Source: a virus
Taxonomy: Duplodnaviria > Caudoviricetes
DNA: 64,000 nt
Virus record (IMG/VR): IMGVR_UViG_3300017766_001583
Location: 2,452-66,451 of that record
Strand: one strand, 5' to 3'
In this document: positions 18,038 through 27,563 of the stretch, piece after piece
How positions within the stretch are numbered: position 1 is the stretch's first letter
Layout: each line of letters starts with the position of its first letter
Notes under the pieces: generated by a model
Database searches by the model: none
The model's input: only the letters and a program-made list of their open reading frames with translations
Told to the model about the DNA's origin: nothing
Program-made: the position numbers and the translations under genes

Positions 18038-18970
18038 TTAGTTAGAACCAGACGAACCCCAGATACCGAGCGGATCCGACCAGCCGAAGCTATAACGCTC
18101 GCGAGCTTTGTAACGGACATTGCCGGTATCAAAGTCTCCATCCATTCCGGTAGACATGGGGGTACGAACGAAGTGCTTCAGACCGTTAGGCACATCGGTC
18201 ATCAGGTACCAGCCGTTCGGGTCAGTCAGCCAGTGGTTGACGGTGTGACCTTCAGCGACAGAACCCATTGCCTTCAGTGCGTTGATGTCGTTGTCGGTCG
18301 TGCCAACACGCAGCTCAGTTTCAAGCAGGCGCTTAGCAACGAACATCAGCGACGGCGGGATCACCAGCTTGCGGGGGCGAGCCGCAATCAGCATACCGCG
18401 CTCATCCGTCCAGGCGGCGATCTGGATAACGGCAGCCTCAAGCGAGGTTTCGTTCAGATCGACATTGGTCGGCGGGCTGTTGTGGTTAACACCGCCGCTA
18501 ACCAGCGGGTGGCCAGTACGGACGCTAGAGGTGTTATAACCAAACAGAGTGGTGCCATCACCACCAACATACGCGCCGTTAAAGCCGTTGTTGATGATCG
18601 AAGACGCTTTGACTTGCTTGGTGTAAGCCATTGCACGGGCCAGAGCCTTGGTATAACGGCCAGACAGCGCGTCATACAGGTTGTCTTCGACGGCCTCCTC
18701 GGTCAGAGCGAAACCCATGGCGATCGTTTCATGAGTGTAACGAGCCACCCATGCTTCTTGCGCCATGTCGTAGGCGATTGCCGCGCCCTCGGTTTTCACC
18801 GGAGCGGGAGCAAAACCCGACAGCTTGGTTTCTTCTTCGAAGGAACGCTCGGAACTCTCGACTTCGTAGATTTCCTTGTGTTCTTCGCCGTAACGGTTGT
18901 ACTCCATGCCGAACAGAGCGTTCAGACCGGGGAGCAGTTCCTTGAGTAGTTGGGAACGTGAGATTGCCAT
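18038..18970 (-). CDS. Major capsid protein (HK97 fold, Mu gpT-like)
   Basis: MAISRSQLLKELLPGLNALFG...YKARERYSFGWSDPLGIWGS; follows scaffold; strong terminator downstream. Confidence 0.9.
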   Translation of the reverse strand: MAISRSQLLKELLPGLNALFGMEYNRYGEEHKEIYEVESSERSFEEETKLSGFAPAPVKTEGAAIAYDMAQEAWVARYTHETIAMGFALTEEAVEDNLYDALSGRYTKALARAMAYTKQVKASSIINNGFNGAYVGGDGTTLFGYNTSSVRTGHPLVSGGVNHNSPPTNVDLNETSLEAAVIQIAAWTDERGMLIAARPRKLVIPPSLMFVAKRLLETELRVGTTDNDINALKAMGSVAEGHTVNHWLTDPNGWYLMTDVPNGLKHFVRTPMSTGMDGDFDTGNVRYKARERYSFGWSDPLGIWGSSGSN

Positions 18971-18983
18971 TTTTAATTACCCC

Positions 18984-19604
18984 TTAGACCACGCCAGTCG
19001 CACTGTAGTACGAATGGACGCCCTGATTAAACTTCACCAGCACTTCGGGATAAAGATCATCCGGAGTAATGATGTCCACAACACGCAGCGCCAGCGTTGG
19101 GGCAGTAGCGACGCTAACCCAGTCTGCTCCAGTGGTCAGCGAGGAATTTGAAAGCCCCGTAGTGGCATTACCGGTATTGGCGTTAGTAATAGCAGCGTTT
19201 TGGCCGATACACCCACGAGCACCGTTAGTACGGCTACCAACAACCGTTGCAGCTTGGATCGAAAAGAGCTGATCGGGATCATCGGTCACGCGAACATAGA
19301 TATCGCGATAGCCAGAGGTGTATGCGCTGGGCGGCAGATACTGACCAAACACCGTGTACTTCAGGGTCGGGTCGGTATAGCGCACACCCACACAGACGCC
19401 AACTACGCCAACCGTTGAGGTCGTGGGCGATGCCGCAGCAGGAGTAATAACGCCGTTTGCCGCGAGCGTCATGATTTGGCCTGTGAAATAGGCGAAACCG
19501 ACGTTGCTGGGAAGTAGATATTCCCGAATAACGCCGCCGTTATTGGACTGTCCGCCGACCAGATTTACTGGACGCAGCCCAAAAGGAGAAGCAGTTGCAG
19601 CCAT
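18984..19604 (-). CDS. Capsid cement/decoration protein
   Basis: ASPFGLRPV start, DDPDQLFSIQ; immediately upstream of MCP. Confidence 0.65.
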   Translation of the reverse strand: MAATASPFGLRPVNLVGGQSNNGGVIREYLLPSNVGFAYFTGQIMTLAANGVITPAAASPTTSTVGVVGVCVGVRYTDPTLKYTVFGQYLPPSAYTSGYRDIYVRVTDDPDQLFSIQAATVVGSRTNGARGCIGQNAAITNANTGNATTGLSNSSLTTGADWVSVATAPTLALRVVDIITPDDLYPEVLVKFNQGVHSYYSATGVV

Positions 19605-19626
19605 TTAGGCCTCCAAAAAATAAAGT

Positions 19627-20082
19627 TTAAGAACCTGAACCAAAGCCGCTGCGCGAAATCTCAGACTTGTGGTCTTTGAACAGAGGCATACGGGGGTCAT
19701 TTTCACGGAATAGCGTGTTATTGACCGAATCCATTTGCGCGCGAGCCTGCTTGTTGTAATACATGTTGCGTTGATCCATAAACTCCGTAGGAATCTTACA
19801 AAGGATCAGGCCACCAATTTCAATGTTCCCTGCTTGATTTGCCTCTAGCATCAATTCGGGATGTTCTTCCGCTTTCACCGGCTCCCAGCCTTCTCGCAGT
19901 TTCCCAGACATATTAGTCGGGTCAGCTTGACCAAGAATTGCTGTACGAACCCAGCGAAACGTATACCCAGGCATCGGAGCTGGCTCAGGCAGAAGCGAGG
20001 CCGGTTGCCACTGGCGAACTTGGCGCTCGCGAGTTTGGTTTTCGCGAGTTGCAATGTTACGTTCAGTACGGTTTTCTGCCAT
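19627..20082 (-). CDS. Conserved head-module protein
   Basis: PGYTFRWVR...REGWEPVK...GGLILCKIP. Confidence 0.65.
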   Translation of the reverse strand: MAENRTERNIATRENQTRERQVRQWQPASLLPEPAPMPGYTFRWVRTAILGQADPTNMSGKLREGWEPVKAEEHPELMLEANQAGNIEIGGLILCKIPTEFMDQRNMYYNKQARAQMDSVNNTLFRENDPRMPLFKDHKSEISRSGFGSGS

Positions 20083-20084
20083 TT

Positions 20085-21005
20085 TTAAGACCCCAATTTC
20101 ATGAGTTCCCGAGCATATTGCTCAGGCGTGATGCCCAGTTTCTTTGCTATCTGGACTTGGCTGGCTTTGAGTCGGACCTTATTAGATCCAGTACTCCTTA
20201 CAGCCGGAGCGACGACCGTGCTTGATTTTGTTTTAGCCGGTCTTGATTCCTCGGCGTCAAACGCCTCTGGAAATCGCTTACGCATCGTCTTGTCGATGGT
20301 TTGATAGTACTCATCAGAGCCAAGCCTTACGCCGTTATCTTGGAGTTCTTCGTGTAATCCAAGCGCGAAAGCCGTCATCGCCTTGTGTTTACCGAACCAA
20401 GTATTTCGCTCTTGCCACGATAATGCTTTGGGATCGGAATTAGGCTGCTCTGAAACATACTGCTTTTGCAGTTCTACAGAAGTTTCTTCTTCTTGTAAAG
20501 GGGGTAGTTTAAAACTTTGTGCCTGCATTACCTTCATGTTTGCACTTTGAAGGTTTTGCTGGGCCTCTAAAACCCTGTCTGAATCGCCCGATTCAAACGC
20601 TTCCTTGTACTCTTTTTTAGCTGCCTCAAGCTCCATTGAAGCAACACTCTGAATAGAGGTGGCGTATTCTTTCTCGCCAACAGTCAGAATGTTCTTAATG
20701 CGCTTGTTCTCATCCAGCAGCTTTTGCGCGAAAGTTAGTGCTTCCTTCTGCTCTCGCAGCGCAGTCTCTTTCTCTCGGCGCTCGTCATGCCAGACCTTGC
20801 GCATTTGTTTGAGCCGAGTCTTGACGTTATCGTCATAAGATTCAAGCTCGTCTTGCTCAAGCTCTTCAATGAGTTCCTTGGGCATCGGAGTGCGCCCACG
20901 GTCCTCTTCAGGGGTATCGTCTTCGATCTCGACTTCAATCTCGTTGGCGACTTGATTGGCGACATCGTCCGGGAATTTAAATTCTTGCAGGTCAAGTTGA
21001 GGCAT
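20085..21005 (-). CDS. Capsid scaffolding protein
   Basis: Acidic coiled coil, C-terminal QVQIAKKLGITPEQYA; lies between portal and MCP. Confidence 0.7.
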   Translation of the reverse strand: MPQLDLQEFKFPDDVANQVANEIEVEIEDDTPEEDRGRTPMPKELIEELEQDELESYDDNVKTRLKQMRKVWHDERREKETALREQKEALTFAQKLLDENKRIKNILTVGEKEYATSIQSVASMELEAAKKEYKEAFESGDSDRVLEAQQNLQSANMKVMQAQSFKLPPLQEEETSVELQKQYVSEQPNSDPKALSWQERNTWFGKHKAMTAFALGLHEELQDNGVRLGSDEYYQTIDKTMRKRFPEAFDAEESRPAKTKSSTVVAPAVRSTGSNKVRLKASQVQIAKKLGITPEQYARELMKLGS

Positions 21006-21017
21006 TTTGTACTCCTC

Positions 21018-21446
21018 TTACTTACGTTTAATGCCGCGGGGATCTTCAACAACCCCCTCCACAGAATCATCGTTAATGATTCTGAACTCGCGTCCATGAA
21101 TGACTAGGCGGGTGCCGGCATGAGGCCGCACAAGCACAAAGTCGCCCTTCTTACACCAGGGGCCGGTAGGAAACTTGGAGGCATCCTTATAGCAATCAGG
21201 CCCAAGATCCACTACGAATAGAACCGTAGTAAGAACCTCTTCATTCCTGATCGTGATATCGGACTTAATAAGGCCCGACTCACTCTCCTCAAACTCTTTG
21301 TCAATCTCTGGGATCGCACAAAGAATGCGATAGCCAGACGGTTTGGGGAGCTGCTTGCCCTTTTCTTCAGCCGTGGCAGAAGGTCTATATGTGCCAACCA
21401 CCTGTGGGTTGCTGGGGTTTGTAGCCAGCAGGATTTGCTCTGTCAT
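21018..21446 (-). CDS. groES: Co-chaperonin GroES (Cpn10)-like
   Basis: PKPSGYRILC...VVDLGPDCY...KGDFVLV...EFRIINDDSVEGVV; start re-called at MTEQ (ATGA overlap). Confidence 0.85.
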   Translation of the reverse strand: MTEQILLATNPSNPQVVGTYRPSATAEEKGKQLPKPSGYRILCAIPEIDKEFEESESGLIKSDITIRNEEVLTTVLFVVDLGPDCYKDASKFPTGPWCKKGDFVLVRPHAGTRLVIHGREFRIINDDSVEGVVEDPRGIKRK

Positions 21447-22003
21447 CGTGACTCCATGAGTGCGCACACTTCTTGTGATAAATGTGCGCTAGGGTTGAAG
21501 GTATTGCTTTTTACACGATTTTGCTGCGCAGAAAGAATCTGCAAATTCCAGGGAACGTGTAACCCTGAAACACTTTTGCCACACAAAGGAGCTATGTGAT
21601 CTACTTCAAATCCATTAAATAACTGACAAAACAAGTACATTCCTTCGATTTCTGCGGCATGTGCTTTGTTTAACCATGCCGGGACTCTTTGCTTTTTGTC
21701 TGCATAGCGCCGCATGTTTCTAGATCGAACCTGCTCTTTATGGGTATTTCTATACTGTTTGTAATACGCGCAAACTTTTTTTGCGTTTTCCAACGCCCAA
21801 ACCTTCTTGTAGTCGGCTGGACTAGCAACACTTAACTTTTGCCGATCTTTGTTTTTGCGGCCATGTTTTGCTGCATATCGTTCTCGTTGTTTTTTGTTTA
21901 AACAAGACCGGCAATAGCTGTTTAGGCCATCCTCTTTTTGTCGATCTTTGGTAAAGCTAGAGATAGAAAGACTTGTCAAGCAGCAGGCGCACTGCTTACT
22001 CAT
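21443..22003 (-). CDS. Free-standing HNH endonuclease with N-terminal Zn-ribbon
   Basis: CACC...CRSC; EVDHIAPLCGKSVSGLHVPWNLQIL...N..KSN. Confidence 0.85.
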   Translation of the reverse strand: MSKQCACCLTSLSISSFTKDRQKEDGLNSYCRSCLNKKQRERYAAKHGRKNKDRQKLSVASPADYKKVWALENAKKVCAYYKQYRNTHKEQVRSRNMRRYADKKQRVPAWLNKAHAAEIEGMYLFCQLFNGFEVDHIAPLCGKSVSGLHVPWNLQILSAQQNRVKSNTFNPSAHLSQEVCALMESR

Positions 22004-22184
22004 CCATGTTCTCCAAAGTTGAATTAAGGTCTACGGCGTAACTACGCGCAGCGAGAAGACCCCGAATCTCGCCGCACATTCTCTTGTATTCCTCAAAGGT
22101 CTCCGCTTTTCCTGAAGACAAAAAGTCCTTGAGTTGATCTACCTTTTCGTCGGTTTGTCTAATCAAAGCTTCTAGCGGAGTCAT
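21996..22184 (-). CDS. Small hypothetical protein
   Basis: 62 aa, FEEYKRMCGEIRGL; follows portal. Confidence 0.6.
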   Translation of the reverse strand: MTPLEALIRQTDEKVDQLKDFLSSGKAETFEEYKRMCGEIRGLLAARSYAVDLNSTLENMDE

Positions 22185-24682
22185 TCGTTACCCTTTTTCT
22201 GTGGTTGTTTGGATTGCTGGGCGCGAGCCTGCAACTCCTCATGACGCTGCTGCATCATGCGAAGCTTTTCTTCTTGATGCTGGCTGGACATCTGTTTAAG
22301 CAGCTCAGTACCCACAGAAATGATCTGCGACGTCTTCTGGCCACTCATATCGGCCGCGGCTTTTAGCAAACCCGCCTTAACGCGCTGCTCATCGGCTTGT
22401 TTCAGAGCCTCAATACGCTCGCGCTCGATCTGCATTTGCTGCTGCTTGAGGGCGGCATCTGTCTGATCTTTGGCGGCTTTGCGCTGCTGTTCCTGCGCTT
22501 TGATCTGAAGCTCTTGCATTTGCATCTGAACAAGCGGGTCTTGAGCTTGTTGCTGAGCTTGTTGCTGGGCGACCTGCTGCTGGTTGTTGGCAAGCAGTCT
22601 TTGAGCTGCCTGGGCCAGGACAGGGGCCAGTTGAGCCTCGACTTGCGGGTCCATCGGGAGGTCTTCGCCCGATTCGTCTTTCTGCGGAGGCAGGGAAAAC
22701 CCAAGGTTTTGCTCGATTTGCTTGCGATACTCAAAGCCAAGATGCTCATTGATGTGAGCCATCATTGCGGCCGAGAGTTGCTGAGCCATCGGGTTGTTTT
22801 GCAGCAGTTGCTGGATCTTAGGATCCTGCATAGCCGACATATGAACCATGATATGAGCCTGATGATCCTGATAAGCGAACGCCTTAACAGGCTTCATCAT
22901 CAGTACATTCTGGTTCTCAGATACTGGATCGGTCGGCTTTTGATCCTCATCCATCGGAACCAGTCGGTCAGCGTCTTTAACCCCCAAAACGTCCAACATT
23001 TGCCGGTGCAGCAGCGGCATGTTGTACAACTGAGGCGACTGCTGGGCCAATTGGAACACTGCTTGGTACTGAACAATCTTCTGCGCCATGGTGGCCGCGT
23101 TCGGATCGCTCACAGGAATCACATCTACGTCGTCATAGTCAGACTTTTTGGCTGACCGATTCCCGGCATTCGGCTCGTAGGTGTAATCCTCTGGGGTGTA
23201 ATCCCTAATGATGTCTCGCAAAAGCACAAGCTCTTGCTTCATCGAGTAATGGATCCTTGCTTGTACAGCACTCATCGTTTTGAGCGTGCGCTCAAGGATG
23301 GCCAGAGTGGTACCAACCGGAGCCTGGGAGGACATATCACTGATCTGAAGGTCGGCCGTATTGGCGAATCGGCGACCCTCTTCAATGATCTTGTCCATCA
23401 GCCCAGCCAAAGTCTGGCTCGGCTCCTTATATGGAAGCGGCAGCAAGTTGTCCTTGATCGTCCCCGAAGGAACGTCAACATCTCGCCACTCACCGGGGCT
23501 AATCGGGGTGTCATCCCCCTTGACCCTCATGCCCCTTGCCTTAAACCCGCCGGGAAGATTGCTCAGCGTGCCGGCATCAACCAACTGACGCAGCAGTGAG
23601 GTGCCGCTCTTTGCGTAGGCGCCGATCAGGTGGATCAGGCCAAAGCAATAAAAGCCAAATCCGGGGATGTAGCCGTAGTGAACCAAGTGTGCGCGCTTGG
23701 TATACGTGTCATCGTCAGGTTGCCAGTTACGGCGAATCGCTAAAACCTTTGAAGATCCTTTCTCAATCGTAACGATGTAAGGCAGCTTCAGGCCGTCTTC
23801 ATCTTCATAGCCAGGGAGATCTAGCTCGACATGCATCTCCAAGAGCTTGTAACGGTCATCCGAAGTCGCTCGGAACCCAAGCCGCTCGGCGATCTTTTGC
23901 TCGACCTCATCTAGGACATTATTGGGTTCGCCAAGGTCGATATCTCGGTAAAACCCAGCAATCTGGAGCCGGCGAAGATCGTTCTCGGTCTTGCGCATGA
24001 CATGCGTGACCCGCGGGGAGGAGGCCAGATCGCTCGCTCCGTAGGGAACAACGACATCCTCGGCAGGCACGTACATCGAAACCTGACGCTGCATCGTCGG
24101 GTCGTAGTACACCTTCTTAAAAGCGTTACCAGCAAGCCCCAGGCCCCACAACATGCGCTCATGCTCGGGCCGGTACTCGGTCATCACATCAGTGAGCTGG
24201 TGGTTCATATCCTCACGAACCCGCTCGGCAGCGTCTTTCTTGGCCGGAGTCTCCTTGCCAATGACTTTAGTCTTCACCGGACCGGCCGCGGGGAAGATGC
24301 TCATCATCGTTTCGGCTTGGAACTTAACCAACGCCTCTGAGAGCATGGGGTGAAACACACCGCAGGCACCCTCCCACGGCTCAGTCCTCTCCTCAATCTT
24401 TAGACCAAGCAGCTCTAGACCGTCCACATACGTCTGGATCCAGTCCTTACGGCTAGACAAATCGTCTGCGTAATCACTTAAAAGCTCATTGGCAATCGAA
24501 TCCAGATCCCCCTCATCCATCTCTTCAGCGAGGTTGGAGTCGAAATCGCTCTCAATGTCGTCAGGCGTCAGGACAATTTCTAAATCGCCCATGCCAATAC
24601 TTACCGAGTCGGGATTCTCGATCTCGATCTCAATCGGTTCGGCCGCAATACCGTCTGGGGACAAAATCTTATCAATGCTCAT
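22181..24682 (-). CDS. Portal protein
   Basis: 833 aa directly after TerL; HPMLSEALVKFQA, GNAFKKVYYD, QLVDAGTLSNLPGG; Gln-rich coiled-coil tail. Confidence 0.9.
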   Translation of the reverse strand: MSIDKILSPDGIAAEPIEIEIENPDSVSIGMGDLEIVLTPDDIESDFDSNLAEEMDEGDLDSIANELLSDYADDLSSRKDWIQTYVDGLELLGLKIEERTEPWEGACGVFHPMLSEALVKFQAETMMSIFPAAGPVKTKVIGKETPAKKDAAERVREDMNHQLTDVMTEYRPEHERMLWGLGLAGNAFKKVYYDPTMQRQVSMYVPAEDVVVPYGASDLASSPRVTHVMRKTENDLRRLQIAGFYRDIDLGEPNNVLDEVEQKIAERLGFRATSDDRYKLLEMHVELDLPGYEDEDGLKLPYIVTIEKGSSKVLAIRRNWQPDDDTYTKRAHLVHYGYIPGFGFYCFGLIHLIGAYAKSGTSLLRQLVDAGTLSNLPGGFKARGMRVKGDDTPISPGEWRDVDVPSGTIKDNLLPLPYKEPSQTLAGLMDKIIEEGRRFANTADLQISDMSSQAPVGTTLAILERTLKTMSAVQARIHYSMKQELVLLRDIIRDYTPEDYTYEPNAGNRSAKKSDYDDVDVIPVSDPNAATMAQKIVQYQAVFQLAQQSPQLYNMPLLHRQMLDVLGVKDADRLVPMDEDQKPTDPVSENQNVLMMKPVKAFAYQDHQAHIMVHMSAMQDPKIQQLLQNNPMAQQLSAAMMAHINEHLGFEYRKQIEQNLGFSLPPQKDESGEDLPMDPQVEAQLAPVLAQAAQRLLANNQQQVAQQQAQQQAQDPLVQMQMQELQIKAQEQQRKAAKDQTDAALKQQQMQIERERIEALKQADEQRVKAGLLKAAADMSGQKTSQIISVGTELLKQMSSQHQEEKLRMMQQRHEELQARAQQSKQPQKKGNE

Positions 24683-24696
24683 ATCTAACCTTTTTG

Positions 24697-26229
24697 TTAA
24701 TAATATGCCCGCTTTTGCCTATAGACAGGCTCGTCATCTTCATCTGATGCCAAACGAATAAACCCGCCCTTGCGATAACGCAGCAACGCCTGGGTCATGG
24801 AGTCAACAAGGTCATCATGATCCCCCGCGGGGAACGCCGCAACCTCTTCTATCAACTCTTCTGCCCAATGAGTATTAGGAACCCAAACCATGCCGGATGC
24901 AAATATATCGGCCACGGCATTTAATCTCGCGATCTTATCGTTGCCTTTAGTTGGAGTAAACTCCTGCACTGGAATACCCATTGCCCGCAATTCAAATATC
25001 AATGGCGAACCAGCGGCTTTAGCTTCAACAATTAAACTATCTACTTCCCACTCTTTAAACTCTTGATAAGCGCGCTGTTTTAGTTCGGGAAACTCCATGC
25101 GCTTTTTAAAAGCATTCAAGAGAATAATATTATTCTGCGGCCGACCAGAATCATCTGTGGAATTAAATACACCCCACGTAGTACAAGCCGAATAGTCAGC
25201 GCGTTCGCTTTTTAAAAACGCAGTATCCCAAGACTGAATAATAAATTCACACGGGGGAGGTCTATCCTCCTCCCATATCTTCCACCACTCGCGCTTAACA
25301 ATAGCGCCGCCTTCAGAGGTGGGATCTTGTTGATACTGGGCCTGCCATTTGGAATTGGGAAGCTCAACCCGTAGGGCATCCAGCTCCTCATAAGACCAAA
25401 ACTCGGGCCATAGGGGTTTGTTTGAGGGCAGGATCGCAGGAAACTCGATCAGCTCCCACTCATCTCCACCTCGTTGCGATGAATCTTTAAGTACCCGTCC
25501 AGTCAAATCACGCTTTGACCAGCGCGTCATCACAACAACAATCGCCCCTCCAGGCTGCAAACGCTGCCGCGGACCGGACGTATACCACTCATAAACAGAA
25601 TCAAAGACCGTCGGATCAGACTCGGCTAACTTAGCCTCTTGCTCTGAATGCGGGTCATCAATAATCAAAAGGTCAGCACCCTTACCAGTGACAGTACCCC
25701 CAACGCCAATAGCGAAATACTCGCCATTAGAATTAGTAGACCACCGCCCTGCCGCCTTTGAATCATGACGCAGAGCCACATTAGGAAAGACCTTGGAGTA
25801 AAGCTCCCCATCAACCAAGTTTCTAACCTTACGGCCGAAACCAACAGCCAGTTCCGCTGTATTAGAAGATTGAATAATCTTTTTATGGGGAAACTTTCCT
25901 AAAAACCACGCCGGCAATAAGTACGAGGCAAACTCCGACTTCGTATGCCGCGGAGGCATATTGATAATCAGCCTCTTTAACTCACCCTTAGCAACCCTTT
26001 CAAAAGCCTTCGCCATGATTTCATGGTGTCGGCCCCCGATAAAGTTCGGCCACATAGTCTTCACAAAATCCATGAAGTGCTGCTGGCCACGCTCCCGCCG
26101 CAAAGCCTCTCCGTACTCCTGGGCAATGATCGCCAGATGCTCCTTCTGCCCATCAGGCAAACGCTCAATGACCGTACTCAACTGAGCATCAGTCATATTC
26201 GCCAGCAACTCCAGCAGCTCATCCTTCAT
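24697..26229 (-). CDS. terL: Terminase large subunit
   Basis: IINMPPRHTKSE Walker A, LLIIDDPH Walker B, QSWDTAF and HDDLVDSMTQAL nuclease motifs. Confidence 0.95.
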   Translation of the reverse strand: MKDELLELLANMTDAQLSTVIERLPDGQKEHLAIIAQEYGEALRRERGQQHFMDFVKTMWPNFIGGRHHEIMAKAFERVAKGELKRLIINMPPRHTKSEFASYLLPAWFLGKFPHKKIIQSSNTAELAVGFGRKVRNLVDGELYSKVFPNVALRHDSKAAGRWSTNSNGEYFAIGVGGTVTGKGADLLIIDDPHSEQEAKLAESDPTVFDSVYEWYTSGPRQRLQPGGAIVVVMTRWSKRDLTGRVLKDSSQRGGDEWELIEFPAILPSNKPLWPEFWSYEELDALRVELPNSKWQAQYQQDPTSEGGAIVKREWWKIWEEDRPPPCEFIIQSWDTAFLKSERADYSACTTWGVFNSTDDSGRPQNNIILLNAFKKRMEFPELKQRAYQEFKEWEVDSLIVEAKAAGSPLIFELRAMGIPVQEFTPTKGNDKIARLNAVADIFASGMVWVPNTHWAEELIEEVAAFPAGDHDDLVDSMTQALLRYRKGGFIRLASDEDDEPVYRQKRAYY

Positions 26230-26453
26230 CAGATGATGTCTCTAACCTTCAAGTACGACGGCCGAATGGTACGCGATTTCTTAGGCGTCCCCTTACATAT
26301 TCCTAACTCCACCAACGCCCACATCTTCCTAGATACATTCCCCCGTCCCTTTTCCCCAGTAACAAACATCACATCGTCCACAGAAGGACCGAAGCCAAAC
26401 TTCTTCCACCACTCATCAATCACTACGTAAATCTCTCTTTGCGCGGGCGTCAT
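26229..26453 (-). CDS. LexA-like winged-helix DNA-binding protein (no peptidase domain)
   Basis: MTPAQREIY..I..W...FGFGPSVDDV...SRTIRP matches the LexA N-terminal domain pattern. Confidence 0.7.
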   Translation of the reverse strand: MTPAQREIYVVIDEWWKKFGFGPSVDDVMFVTGEKGRGNVSRKMWALVELGICKGTPKKSRTIRPSYLKVRDII

Positions 26454-26463
26454 GTTACTTGCC

Positions 26464-26496
26464 TGTGGATAACTCTGTGGATAACCCTGTGGATAA
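26464..26496. promoter_or_regulatory. Three perfect DnaA boxes at 12-bp period
   Basis: TGTGGATAA at 26464, 26476 and 26488 (reverse complement TTATCCACA), intergenic. Confidence 0.8.
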
Positions 26497-26497
26497 G

Positions 26498-26521
26498 CAT
26501 CAGTAACACATGTTACTGATG
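26498..26521. repeat. Perfect 11-bp-arm palindrome (operator-like)
   Basis: CATCAGTAACA-CA-TGTTACTGATG. Confidence 0.85.
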
Positions 26522-26548
26522 GAATTGAGTAACGCGGATTTCAGAAAT

Positions 26549-27409
26549 TTATACCCCCTCCCCCTCTGCGTTTGGAAAAGGGATGGGGGGTGGTTCGTCA
26601 GGAAGGATGGATCGGATGTCTGGATTGCTAAGCAAGGTGGGGGCACAGGCACGCGGCCGATCCAGGGGGGTGCCCGTGCCGGCCCCATCGCCCGCGGCGC
26701 TCGCAACGCCCTGGGCAGTACCGTCGCCCTGGTGCGCATCGCCCTGCACATTACATAGCACGCGCGCCAGCTGCGGCACGCGCAGCCCGGCTAGCGATAC
26801 GCTGTACCCTGGCCCCTCGACGCTCGGACCCTGGCCCGTGGCGGGCGGGGTAGGGTTGGTCGCACCTAGGCTAGGCTGGGTTACAGCTGCATCCGTTGCG
26901 CCCGCTCTGAGCGCTGAACGTAGACTGTCGAGCAGCTGCGTGCGTGCCTGCCCTGCATCGGTCGTCTTGATCACTTCGCGCCGTTCAGTAAAGGCCGCGA
27001 CTTCCGTTACTTTGCCGAGCAGCTCCAGCGCACGCAGTCGCTGGGCCGGTTGGACGTCGGGATTGATGGCATGCTCCGTCAGCTGTTGGATGACCAGGGC
27101 ACGTAGGGCGGCAGGGGATGAATGCCTCGCCGCCTCCTGAGCCAGCACCAGGGCGTCGATCTGCGCCTGCACTGCGCCGCTCTTCGCCAGCTCCTGGCCG
27201 CGCCGGCTCTGTGTCTCCGGTTTGGCCACACTGTGTGGCACCGCATCCCGGTATGCGGCCGCCTTGCTCTTGCCCATGGCGACACTCTCAGCGAACCTTC
27301 GCTCCCTGGGCGTGAGCTTCGTTTGCTTCGCCCCTTGCACCCCTAGCAGCAAAGTATCCATGGGAACGGATGCGAGTGCTTCCCTCGTTTGTTTCCGTGT
27401 CAGCTTCAT
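26549..27409 (-). CDS. terS: Terminase small subunit with long low-complexity C-tail
   Basis: KLTPRERRFAESVAMGKSKAAAYRDA HTH, QRLRALELLGK; start re-called at MKLTRKQ. Confidence 0.75.
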   Translation of the reverse strand: MKLTRKQTREALASVPMDTLLLGVQGAKQTKLTPRERRFAESVAMGKSKAAAYRDAVPHSVAKPETQSRRGQELAKSGAVQAQIDALVLAQEAARHSSPAALRALVIQQLTEHAINPDVQPAQRLRALELLGKVTEVAAFTERREVIKTTDAGQARTQLLDSLRSALRAGATDAAVTQPSLGATNPTPPATGQGPSVEGPGYSVSLAGLRVPQLARVLCNVQGDAHQGDGTAQGVASAAGDGAGTGTPLDRPRACAPTLLSNPDIRSILPDEPPPIPFPNAEGEGV

Positions 27410-27493
27410 CGCGGGTACGTAATGGGTATGTGAATAAGTGTGAATTCTACCCGCACTTTTGCGCTTCGCGCTATTTTCGGAACGCATGAACGC

Positions 27494-27522
27494 TTGACAT
27501 GCAACCCCCATGCGCCCATGCT
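27494..27522 (+). promoter_or_regulatory. Sigma70-type early promoter
   Basis: TTGACA-17 bp-CATGCT just upstream of the first plus-strand gene. Confidence 0.7.
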
Positions 27523-27563
27523 GGTAGCGCAGCACCCCGAAACGAACACACACAGAGGCACAC

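Noticed and set aside
18173-18949. 258-aa plus-strand ORF
   Set aside because: Antisense shadow of the major capsid gene, produced by its biased codon usage
22397-23155. 252-aa Leu-rich plus-strand ORF that looks membrane-like
   Set aside because: Reverse complement of the Gln-rich portal tail (CAG codons read as CTG)
24697-26229. Intein or intron in the terminase or portal
   Set aside because: Both are continuous, of ordinary length and lack splicing motifs
26464-26496. Triple repeat as a mini CRISPR array
   Set aside because: 9-bp units with 3-bp spacers; matches the DnaA box, far too short for CRISPR
26452-26500. 16-codon mini-ORF MLIHRVIHRVIHRQVT coupled to the LexA-like gene
   Set aside because: No RBS; simply a translation of the DnaA-box triplet
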